Source: Candidatus Saccharimonadota bacterium (lineage in GTDB: Bacteria > Patescibacteriota > Microgenomatia > UBA1406 > GWC2-37-13). From it: DNA of 32,000 nucleotides. Position 1 is the first letter of the stretch, and each line of letters opens with the position of its first letter. The DNA lies in contig CP065004.1 in assembly GCA_016700135.1 (NCBI GenBank), positions 1,260,001 to 1,292,000 on the forward strand, in the 5' to 3' direction. The notes beneath the pieces were generated by a model, which was given only the letters and a program-made list of their open reading frames with translations, did no database searches and was not told the DNA's origin. Below, piece by piece: positions 9,458-16,926 of the stretch. A program made the translations under genes and the position numbers.

Positions 9458-10576
9458 TGAATAAGTTACGAAAGATATGGCACTCATAGGGAACTAACAT
9501 CTATGAGTAAATGGGGAGGAGATCAGCTTCGAGTAATTAGGAGTTATGACTGGCAGTACAATAGAGATCTTATGAAAAAGATACGATCTCTATCAGACTA
9601 CAATCAGTCAGATGTAGCACAAATCAGAAACGATGTTCTGACATTTGCAGAGAAGTACGGGATACAAGCTGCAGTTGATGCATATGGGATATCACGAAGG
9701 ACATTGTTTCGATGGAGGAAGAGACGGCGAGATTCAGAAGGGCAGTTGGATAGCCTGATACCAGAGACAACCAAGCCAAAGACACCCCGACGTATGGAGA
9801 CTCACCCGAAGGTCATATCCTTTATCAAAGAGATTCGAGAACAATACTTTTGTTTGGGAAAGGAGAAGATCAAGCCCTTACTTGATGAGTATTGCCTACA
9901 GGAAGGAATTTCAACTATATCTGAGTCAACCATTGGAAAAGTGATCAAAAGACACAACCTGCAGCGCAAGACCTACCGGATCTATCACAATCCAGCAAGT
10001 GGCTTTGCAAAACGGAAAGTAAAGTACCGACAGAAGGTCAAGCGGTCTCCCAAGGTGGAAGATACCGGATACATTGAGATTGATACCATCACGAAGTTTG
10101 TACACGGAATCAAGCTGTATGTCTTCAATGCAGTGGACATCAAACTCAAATTCCAGTTCTCCTACGGATACTCAAAACTCAACAGCCGAAACGGTGCTGA
10201 TTTTATGAGAAGACTGGAACTAGTATACCCAATACAAGATGGTATAAAAACCATACAAACAGATAACGGCCTCGAGTATCTGGGAAACTTCCATGACTAT
10301 CTGGAAGAAAACAATATCCCACACCTCTTTATCTACCCCAGATGTCCCAAGATCAATGCCTTTATTGAGCGAGCAAACAGAACACTCCAGGAAGAATTTA
10401 TGAACCCCTACATCTATACCAAGTGGACCGGTATCGGATCATTCAATCGTCACCTTATTGAATACCTCGTCTGGTACAATACAAAGCGAGTTCACAAAAG
10501 CCTGAACAATATTTCACCTATGGATTACCTATTATCTATTTTACCTAAAGAGTGCCATATGTATGGAACTCATACA
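9458..10576 (+). mobile_element. IS481-family insertion sequence, copy 1 (1119 bp, apparently intact)
   Basis: Boundaries come from alignment with the inverted copy at 30183-31301. The imperfect terminal inverted repeats are TGAATAAGTTACGAAAGATATGGCACTC (9458-9485) and the reverse complement of 10550-10576 (TGTATGAGTTCCATACATATGGCACTC). No flanking direct repeat was seen. Confidence 0.85.
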
Positions 10577-10633
10577 ACAAGTATATTTTATCATGTTAAC
10601 ATATTAATATGCAATTCATTGAAAATTCTTTAG
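9503..10633 (+). CDS. IS481-family DDE (rve/integrase core) transposase
   Basis: N-terminal HTH (GISRRTLFRWRK) and DDE region (YIEIDTI ... IQTDNGLEY ... FIERANRTLQEE ... YNTKRVHKSL). The ORF reads 57 nt beyond the right IS end before its stop. The real start may be the ATG at 9572 (MKKIRSL). Confidence 0.85.
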   Translation: MSKWGGDQLRVIRSYDWQYNRDLMKKIRSLSDYNQSDVAQIRNDVLTFAEKYGIQAAVDAYGISRRTLFRWRKRRRDSEGQLDSLIPETTKPKTPRRMETHPKVISFIKEIREQYFCLGKEKIKPLLDEYCLQEGISTISESTIGKVIKRHNLQRKTYRIYHNPASGFAKRKVKYRQKVKRSPKVEDTGYIEIDTITKFVHGIKLYVFNAVDIKLKFQFSYGYSKLNSRNGADFMRRLELVYPIQDGIKTIQTDNGLEYLGNFHDYLEENNIPHLFIYPRCPKINAFIERANRTLQEEFMNPYIYTKWTGIGSFNRHLIEYLVWYNTKRVHKSLNNISPMDYLLSILPKECHMYGTHTTSIFYHVNILICNSLKIL

Positions 10634-10719
10634 TCACAATTCATCATACCTCGCTGAGGCGGGGTTGATCGTTTGTGCTTTAAGAACTTTAGAAACCCCG
10701 CTTCCCGCGGGGTTTTTTT
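10609..10719 (+). promoter_or_regulatory. Four-segment attenuator-like leader with a possible 19-codon leader ORF
   Basis: Segment 1 is CCTCGC (10649-10654), segment 2 GCGGGGTT (10659-10666), segment 3 AACCCCGC (10694-10701) and segment 4 GCGGGG (10707-10712) followed by T7. Pairings 1:2 and 3:4, or alternatively 2:3, are all possible. The ORF at 10609-10668 encodes MQFIENSLVTIHHTSLRRG*. Confidence 0.35.
10693..10719 (+). terminator. Rho-independent terminator (orphan; no intact upstream gene)
   Basis: GAAACCCCGC ttccc GCGGGGTTTTTTT: a GC-rich stem followed by a run of 7 T. Confidence 0.75.
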
Positions 10720-10834
10720 ATGGCAATTTTTTACAACTATGTTACAAGAACAATACTCAAACAGTGTCAGTAATACAGAACTGAGTGAATTTCAGAGTAA
10801 TCCTGACTTTCCTGCTTTCTACTCTGACAAGATA

Positions 10835-10841
10835 TTAACAA
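10835..10841. repeat. Left copy of the 7-bp target-site duplication TTAACAA of the IS1595-family element
   Basis: An identical TTAACAA occurs at 11557-11563, each copy immediately outside a terminal inverted repeat. Confidence 0.75.
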
Positions 10842-11556
10842 GGCTCTAGACTAGCACATTAACAATTTGTAATAGTTCATTGTAAAGGATCGATGGGGAT
10901 TTGCTCCATCTCCATTCACACTCTTTCAAGTGTAATGGAAAGTTTTTCTTTACACCATTGAACTTAACGAGACGTCTTTTACAAAAGGACCAGAATGACT
11001 CTATGCCATTGATATGGACCCCTTTTGTATTTGAGAACTCATTTTTCTTGTGATTGATTCTCAAATGTTTGTCATACCCGACATCAACAAGTCCGTTGTA
11101 TCCGCTCCACGAATCTGAATATACAGTACTGTTCAAGTCAATCTTTCCCTTCATAACAGCATGTAGCGTTCTTCTTTTACAGTTTGGAATGATACGAGTA
11201 AATACACGTCCTTGACGCTCATATATCCCAAATACTACCTGCTTAAATGACGTCCCACGACCTCTTTTACTTGACTTGCCTCTCATCCTTCGAGGTCCAA
11301 AGTATGATTCATCAATTTCTATCTCACCACCAACATATCGTTGCATCTGGTGCACTTGGTGATGATATATGAGTTGACGAATATTATTGTAATATTTGTT
11401 GACTGTATTGCGGTTGAGACCCAAAATACCAGAGGTCTGTGTAGCACTCAGATCGTGTGCAAAACACCATAGTATCTTTTTTCTCTTGTATTTTGATATC
11501 GGCCTATTGTTACAAACCATACCTCTAGTTTAGCACTACTCTGCTAGTCTAGAGCC
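10842..11556 (-). mobile_element. IS1595-family (ISXO2-like) insertion sequence, 715 bp
   Basis: Perfect 15-bp terminal inverted repeats: GGCTCTAGACTAGCA at 10842-10856 and its reverse complement at 11542-11556. Flanked by TTAACAA direct repeats, with a single transposase ORF inside. Confidence 0.85.
10846..11520 (-). CDS. IS1595-family DDE transposase
   Basis: 224 aa with IEIDESYFG ... VYSDSWSGY ... INGIESFWSFCKRRL, characteristic of the DDE_Tnp_IS1595 / ISXO2-like family. Its stop codon lies inside the left inverted repeat. Confidence 0.85.
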   Translation of the reverse strand: MVCNNRPISKYKRKKILWCFAHDLSATQTSGILGLNRNTVNKYYNNIRQLIYHHQVHQMQRYVGGEIEIDESYFGPRRMRGKSSKRGRGTSFKQVVFGIYERQGRVFTRIIPNCKRRTLHAVMKGKIDLNSTVYSDSWSGYNGLVDVGYDKHLRINHKKNEFSNTKGVHINGIESFWSFCKRRLVKFNGVKKNFPLHLKECEWRWSKSPSILYNELLQIVNVLV

Positions 11557-11563
11557 TTAACAA
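11557..11563. repeat. Right copy of the 7-bp target-site duplication TTAACAA
   Basis: See 10835-10841. Confidence 0.75.
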
Positions 11564-11580
11564 TTCCTCCAAACGGCAAT

Positions 11581-12273
11581 ATGCTTATTGAGGATATTCC
11601 CGGTTTACCAATTATGGATGGTAGTTACCAGCAATTAGCAGTATTAAATAATCGTGAACTTACCGTTTTTAAGGCAGCTGACTTGACAAGAGAGCTTGCA
11701 GCTCGTCTCGATCAGATCCCTAAAACAGCTGCTTTTATTTTTCCGGGGAATGGTTCACGGATCATACAAGATATTATGCAACTCTCCTATCCTGAGATTT
11801 TGCAGGATAGATTATGTATGGCAGTTAAAACAAAACGCACTCTTGAAGACGGTATTTGGTCAGTATCTGTAGAAGTACCTGAATTGAGTGAGGAACTAAA
11901 ACGGTGTACTGATTGGATAATTGTTGATGATGTTGTCCTCAGCGGACAAACAGCCAGAACAATACAGCAGGAAATAATTACCAATACAGGAAGAGATAAT
12001 GATTCTTGGACAGTGGCATCATGGCTTTCACTTGATCCGAAGCGTCGCAAGAAGATGACAAAAACAAAAAGTCCTTCATCAGTTGAAGGGTTTGATGCCG
12101 TTTCCGCCGTATATACATATAAAGGCGGAAACGGCATTCCTCCCTGCAATAGTCTCTCTACCCTTCTTTTTGCCGATGAGAAAGGCCAGGCAGTGCGTGA
12201 CAAACTGAAGTCTACCTACTTTCCGGAGGGCTTTGACCAGTTTTTACAGAAGCTAACCTATGGAACGGCTTAA
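11581..12273 (+). CDS. Phosphoribosyltransferase-like protein (type I PRT fold, divergent)
   Basis: WIIVDDVVLSGQTARTI matches the PRPP-binding motif (hydrophobic x4, DD, x, x, S/T-G-x-T). I could not assign the rest of the 230-aa protein to a specific PRT subfamily. Confidence 0.55.
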   Translation: MLIEDIPGLPIMDGSYQQLAVLNNRELTVFKAADLTRELAARLDQIPKTAAFIFPGNGSRIIQDIMQLSYPEILQDRLCMAVKTKRTLEDGIWSVSVEVPELSEELKRCTDWIIVDDVVLSGQTARTIQQEIITNTGRDNDSWTVASWLSLDPKRRKKMTKTKSPSSVEGFDAVSAVYTYKGGNGIPPCNSLSTLLFADEKGQAVRDKLKSTYFPEGFDQFLQKLTYGTA

Positions 12274-13117
12274 TAACGGATACACAGAAATGGGAGAAAA
12301 GCTGAAACAGGCAAAAGGCATCATCTTTTCCGATGTTGATGGTGTCTGGCTTGATGAGACAAAAAACTTTGCCTTTCCCGACAATAACAGTCTTGAAGCG
12401 ATTTTAAGGGCACAATCACAAGACTATGTTTTCGTTTTAAATTCAGATACAGGCGGAGAAAGTTTACTGCAGCTTTCACGGGAAATGGGTATCACATCCG
12501 ATCTTTGCATCGCGGAAAACGGCAGTTATATCCAAACAGAAAATGATGTTTGGATGATTCAGGAACCTGATCCGAGAACATTTATGTCCGGACTGAGGAT
12601 ACGGTTTGCAGAGATACTTTCTTCATCTGGAACTGTTTGGCAAGGAGATGCCACAAGAGCCGTTAGAAAACGGGAATTGAAAAACGACTCTCCCCTTTTC
12701 TTGGTAAATACATCAAGACAATGCAGTGTCGGAATTTACGCACGACAAGCCGGGATGACTATTGACAGGGATCTAACAGAAAGTGTTTATCAGACTGTGA
12801 CAAAAGTATGCTCCGATGTGCAAGGTGTCGAAATCTCTCAGTATCCTGAAATAGGCAGCTGTTTGGTCAGGACAACAAACAGACCGTCAAAGGCGGATGC
12901 CGTCTCCCGACTGTTGGAGCTCTCCGGATTTGGCGGACCGTGCTTTATGATCGGAGACAGCATGGCTGATGCTATGAGAAGTCTCGATAAAAGAGTTATC
13001 ACCTGTGCCGTTGGGAATGCATCACCGGAATTGAAAACAAATGCAGATGTTATTAATGAAACGGCAGTTTTGGACAGAAGTACAGCAGAAATTATCAATT
13101 CTATTATTAGTTCATAA
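12260..13117 (+). CDS. HAD-superfamily (subfamily IIB / Cof-like) phosphatase
   Basis: Motif I is IIFSDVDGVWLDE (DxD) and motif IV is MIGDSMADAMR (GDxxxD), with a cap-domain-sized insert between them. It overlaps the upstream gene by 14 nt. Confidence 0.7.
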   Translation: MERLNNGYTEMGEKLKQAKGIIFSDVDGVWLDETKNFAFPDNNSLEAILRAQSQDYVFVLNSDTGGESLLQLSREMGITSDLCIAENGSYIQTENDVWMIQEPDPRTFMSGLRIRFAEILSSSGTVWQGDATRAVRKRELKNDSPLFLVNTSRQCSVGIYARQAGMTIDRDLTESVYQTVTKVCSDVQGVEISQYPEIGSCLVRTTNRPSKADAVSRLLELSGFGGPCFMIGDSMADAMRSLDKRVITCAVGNASPELKTNADVINETAVLDRSTAEIINSIISS

Positions 13118-13121
13118 ACTT

Positions 13122-13913
13122 ATGCGACAGCAACACATTCTTATAACAAAAGGCCAGATAAATAAATATGTCCTATTACCCGGCGATCCGAAACGGATTT
13201 CAGCTTTTAAGCCATTTCTTAAAAACACAAAAATAATTTCCGAAAACCGGGAGTTTGTCCTGATGAACGGGGTATACAATACAGTCCCGATATCGGTTTT
13301 ATCGACCGGGATCGGGTGTCCGTCGACTGCAATTGCCGTGGAGGAAGCAATCAATGCCGGGGCTCAGGTACTGATTCGGACCGGGACCTGCGGCGGTTCT
13401 TGGCGTGGAGACATTAAAGCCGGATCACTCATTATTCCGACAGCAAGTGTGCGTGATGAAGGGACTACAAAAGAATACATTCTGCCGGAGTTTCCTGCCG
13501 TAGCTGATTTTGATGTAGTTTCAGCATTGAGAAAAGCGGCGAGAGATAACAATATCCCTTCTTTTGTCGGAATCAACCGCACCCATGACTCGTTTTACGG
13601 GGCTTCAGAAAGTATTAAAAAATGGGGTTCGTATTTTTCTGACCCTCGTTTTAGAACAAATGAAACTCCGATTCTCAGCTCGGAAATGGAGGCTTCTGCC
13701 CTTTTTGTGATCGCGAGTCTCAGAGGAGTAAAAGCCGGAGCGATACTGGCTGTAGATGCATCACCTGAACCTTTGAAAGATCGACTTAAGGGTACGAAGC
13801 TGGCCGTAAAAACATATGACAATGAAACAATTCGAGACAAAACAGTAAGCACAATGATCAGGACGGCGCTAAATGCTGTAACAATTATGGAAGCTACACC
13901 CGTTTTGACTTGA
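13122..13913 (+). CDS. udp: Uridine phosphorylase-like nucleoside phosphorylase (PNP_UDP_1 family)
   Basis: LLPGDPKRI, STGIGCPSTAIAVEE, IRTGTCGG, ASVRDEGTTKEY..PEFPAVADFD and SSEMEASALF closely parallel the E. coli Udp motifs. The start was chosen at the ATG at 13122, 5 nt after the HAD stop; the track start at 13041 overlaps the HAD gene. Confidence 0.8.
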   Translation: MRQQHILITKGQINKYVLLPGDPKRISAFKPFLKNTKIISENREFVLMNGVYNTVPISVLSTGIGCPSTAIAVEEAINAGAQVLIRTGTCGGSWRGDIKAGSLIIPTASVRDEGTTKEYILPEFPAVADFDVVSALRKAARDNNIPSFVGINRTHDSFYGASESIKKWGSYFSDPRFRTNETPILSSEMEASALFVIASLRGVKAGAILAVDASPEPLKDRLKGTKLAVKTYDNETIRDKTVSTMIRTALNAVTIMEATPVLT

Positions 13914-14196
13914 TATAAATAAAGGTCGAAATGAGAAGAAATATACCCAGACCGTAGGGAGAAAGGAACAGTGAAAAAAATAATCCCAGAATGGCAATCA
14001 TGAAGTATCCTTCATATGTCACACTGCTTTTTAGTGAGCGGGTAATGAGAAGATATACAAATAACGCAACAAGCGACCCGAATTTGAACGGTGCAAGAGG
14101 TATGGAAAAAATATAACTCACGACCAATAATACGCCGAAAATAAATGTGGCGACATCCTTCTCATCGAAAAAGAATCTATCCAGTCGGAAAATCAT
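13894..14196 (-). CDS. Hypothetical membrane protein (about 3 TM segments)
   Basis: 100-aa hydrophobic ORF, convergent with udp and overlapping its end by 20 nt. Confidence 0.45.
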   Translation of the reverse strand: MIFRLDRFFFDEKDVATFIFGVLLVVSYIFSIPLAPFKFGSLVALFVYLLITRSLKSSVTYEGYFMIAILGLFFSLFLSPYGLGIFLLISTFIYIKSKRV

Positions 14197-14206
14197 ACTT
14201 GATTTG

Positions 14207-14353
14207 TCAACTTACTAACTCGAGCAAAAACCACCATCCTTTACCAAAAATATAATACTGATCGATAAAGTATGCAATCAGAAATGCCAGGAAACCGGTC
14301 ACCAGAACAAATAAAATTTTACTTTTCAAATGGCGCGGCATCGGGACTCTCAT
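14207..14353 (-). CDS. Possible 48-aa membrane peptide
   Basis: Manual translation gives MRVPMPRHLKSKILFVLVTGFLAFLIAYFIDQYYIFGKGWWFLLELVS*. It lies directly upstream of, and on the same strand as, 13894-14196, and is below the ORF-track length cut-off. Confidence 0.3.
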   Translation of the reverse strand: MRVPMPRHLKSKILFVLVTGFLAFLIAYFIDQYYIFGKGWWFLLELVS

Positions 14354-14432
14354 ACTTTATTATATGGATAAAAAAAATAAATCACAATGACAATAAAAAT
14401 AGTACAGCTGTACAAAAACATGACATACATGC

Positions 14433-14438
14433 TACAAT
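14433..14438 (+). promoter_or_regulatory. -10-like TACAAT 6 nt upstream of the rarA ATG (leaderless-type arrangement)
   Basis: catgcTACAATgaacatATG. Confidence 0.4.
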
Positions 14439-14444
14439 GAACAT

Positions 14445-15647
14445 ATGGATAAACCTTTAGCAGATCGTCTAAGACCGCACCAGTTGAAGGAATATATCGG
14501 CCAGGAACACCTTCTCGGAGAGGGTAAACCTCTTCGTCGTATGATTGAAAATAAAAAAATATCTTCAATGATCTTATGGGGTCCTCCCGGCTGCGGGAAG
14601 ACAACCATTGCCCGACTTCTGGCCCAATCAGTTGATGCCGTATTTATCCCCTTCTCGGCTGTTACAAGCGGTGTCAAAGAAGTACGGGAAGTCATAGCCG
14701 ATGCCAGACAACGGAAAGAATTTTTCAAACAGGACACGATTCTGTTTGTCGATGAGATTCACCGTTTCAACAAAGGCCAACAGGATGCATTTCTCCCTGC
14801 AGTTGAAGACGGTACGATCACTCTTATCGGCGCCACAACGGAAAATCCCGGATTCGAGGTAAATGCACCGCTGATATCCCGCGCACATGTCTACGTTCTC
14901 AAACAACTCACTGATGATGATATGCGAAAGATTCTGAAACGGGCTGTCAAAGAATTTCCGCAAAACAAATTTGAAAAGAAAGCACTGGAGCATATCATAA
15001 CTTTCGCAAACGGAGATGCCAGATCTGCAATGAACGCGCTGGAACTGGCCGCCTCAATCGCGCAGCGTGTCAATCTTGAAGTCGCAGAAGAAGCTCTCCA
15101 GCAGAAGTCACTGTATTACGACAAAAAGGGTGATTTTCACTATGATACGATTTCGGCTTTTATCAAAAGCATGCGCGGCAGCAAACCTGACGCCGCGCTT
15201 CATTACCTCGCGCGTATGCTAAAGGCCGGAGAAGATCCGATGTTCATCGCCCGCCGCATGGTCATCTTTGCCGCAGAAGACATCTCAAACGCCCAGCCGA
15301 CAGCTCTTGTAGTCGCAACTTCCACAATGCAGGCCGTACATATGGTCGGGTTGCCCGAAGCTCAAATCATACTTGCTCAGTGTGCGACATATCTAGCAAC
15401 AGCAAAAAAATCCATTGCTTCTTATGCCGGACTGATGGAGGCCATGCATGATATTGAAACAATCAAACTCGATCCTGTCCCGATGCATCTCCGGAATCCT
15501 TCAAACAAAGTTATGAAGCAGGAGGGATACGGAAAGGGTCATGTGAGATATCCGTGGATGGAAGAACGTGAAGGAAAGAAAGTGGATCAGGAATATCTGC
15601 CGGCAAACCTAAAAGGAAAGAAATACTACAAACCGGATTGGAAGTAA
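14445..15647 (+). CDS. rarA: Replication-associated recombination protein A (AAA+ ATPase RarA/MgsA)
   Basis: [18 protein letters not shown], Walker [10 protein letters not shown], Walker [12 protein letters not shown], and the MgsA C-terminal domain ([20 protein letters not shown]). Confidence 0.92.
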   Translation: MDKPLADRLRPHQLKEYIGQEHLLGEGKPLRRMIENKKISSMILWGPPGCGKTTIARLLAQSVDAVFIPFSAVTSGVKEVREVIADARQRKEFFKQDTILFVDEIHRFNKGQQDAFLPAVEDGTITLIGATTENPGFEVNAPLISRAHVYVLKQLTDDDMRKILKRAVKEFPQNKFEKKALEHIITFANGDARSAMNALELAASIAQRVNLEVAEEALQQKSLYYDKKGDFHYDTISAFIKSMRGSKPDAALHYLARMLKAGEDPMFIARRMVIFAAEDISNAQPTALVVATSTMQAVHMVGLPEAQIILAQCATYLATAKKSIASYAGLMEAMHDIETIKLDPVPMHLRNPSNKVMKQEGYGKGHVRYPWMEEREGKKVDQEYLPANLKGKKYYKPDWK

Positions 15648-15668
15648 TGAAATTAATAAAAGAGTGAA

Positions 15669-15747
15669 GATATCATTTTTTCGCGACTTGGGAGGTACGC
15701 AGGAGGCTCCATAACGAGCACGCCCACAGAGCTTAAAAAATGATATC
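15669..15747. repeat. 13-bp perfect inverted repeat with a 53-nt spacer between convergent rarA and rmlC
   Basis: GATATCATTTTTT (15669-15681) and AAAAAATGATATC (15735-15747). Confidence 0.6.
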
Positions 15748-15842
15748 GAACGGATTTGAAGGAGTGCCAAAACAAGTCCAGCATGACATTATTTCTCTGA
15801 CAATCTTCCCTAATACATTTCTCGTTATGAGCAAACGAAATG

Positions 15843-16442
15843 TTACACTGCACCGAATTTCTCTTTTACTGTCACAGCATTTTTATCCCTCTCCGAAATA
15901 ATCATATCTTCTCTCGGGATCGGCCATTCAATCGCAAGCTCCGGATCAAAGAGAGACACGGCAACATCTCCCAAAGGATCTCTTTCACTATACAGTTTGT
16001 CAACGAAGTAAATGTAATCAAGCGGCCCTTCCAACACTACAACCGAATTCCCCAAACCCTTCGGAACAAAAAGACCTCCGTGAAGGCTCTCTTCATCAAA
16101 ACCCAGAATAAATGTTTCCACCTTCTTAAATGTCGGTGATTCCGTCCGAAGATCCACAACGGCACAGAATGCTTTGCCTGAGGCAAGAAAAATGCATTTG
16201 TTCCAGTCCTCTGCATGAATACCCCGCACTACATTCTTTTCGGATCTGGCATGGTTTATTTGCTTTATTGAAAAGTCCGTCCCGGTAACTTTCTGGATAG
16301 ACGGAACGTGTGCTACCTCGGAGAAAAAACCACGGTCATCACCCAGGAGCTTTCTGTCAATATACAGAAGACCTTCAATTCCGGTTTTATAAATGGAATC
16401 TTCAATAAGTATTGCATTGTCAAGTGAAAAAGTAGTATTCAT
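15843..16442 (-). CDS. rmlC: dTDP-4-dehydrorhamnose 3,5-epimerase-like cupin
   Basis: 199 aa with ...DDRGFFSE... , ...VRGIHAE... and ...GLFVPKGLGN... , an RmlC-type pattern. A TATAAT (reverse complement of 16451-16456) lies 8 nt upstream of the ATG. Confidence 0.8.
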   Translation of the reverse strand: MNTTFSLDNAILIEDSIYKTGIEGLLYIDRKLLGDDRGFFSEVAHVPSIQKVTGTDFSIKQINHARSEKNVVRGIHAEDWNKCIFLASGKAFCAVVDLRTESPTFKKVETFILGFDEESLHGGLFVPKGLGNSVVVLEGPLDYIYFVDKLYSERDPLGDVAVSLFDPELAIEWPIPREDMIISERDKNAVTVKEKFGAV

Positions 16443-16479
16443 ATGTACAGATTATAACTGAAAACCACGACAAGAGCCA

Positions 16480-16863
16480 TTAGGGAAGGTCTTTGTGTTC
16501 ATTGAAGTATTCCCTGGCATCCCGTTCATCCTGCTGCATCTGAGAAATAAGAGCCTCCTGCGAATCAAATTTCAGGTTTTCCCGGAGTTTTTTCATAACG
16601 GTGACATCAACGTTCATTTCATAAATATCCTGGTCAAAATCAAGAATATATACCTCAGCTTTTTTGTCATTTTCTCCGAATGTCAACGGTCTCCCTACAA
16701 AAACAAGTGCAGGATATGATCTGTCAGTGATTTGAGCATAACCGACATAAATACCTTCTGGAGTTGACGGATCGACATGAATATTTGCCGTCGGATATCC
16801 GAGATCTTTACCCCGGCCGAGGTGGCGAAATACTGTACCTGAGAATGAGAATAAAGAAGTCAT
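16480..16863 (-). CDS. Monofunctional riboflavin kinase (RibF C-terminal-domain type, no FAD synthetase domain)
   Basis: 127 aa with G.V..G.GRGKDLGYPTANI, GIYVGY, KAEVYILDFDQDIY and F.S.EALI.QM..D. Confidence 0.8.
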   Translation of the reverse strand: MTSLFSFSGTVFRHLGRGKDLGYPTANIHVDPSTPEGIYVGYAQITDRSYPALVFVGRPLTFGENDKKAEVYILDFDQDIYEMNVDVTVMKKLRENLKFDSQEALISQMQQDERDAREYFNEHKDLP

Positions 16864-16926
16864 AATGTCTGGAGCGGATTTATCAAGTGTACCAACGACT
16901 AACGTCTATAAACCAACAGTCTCTTT

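Noticed and set aside
15653-15853. A 66-aa minus-strand ORF between rarA and rmlC.
   Set aside because: It has a GTG start overlapping the rmlC stop, a Cys/His-rich odd composition, and it spans the 13-bp inverted repeat. It is more likely non-coding.
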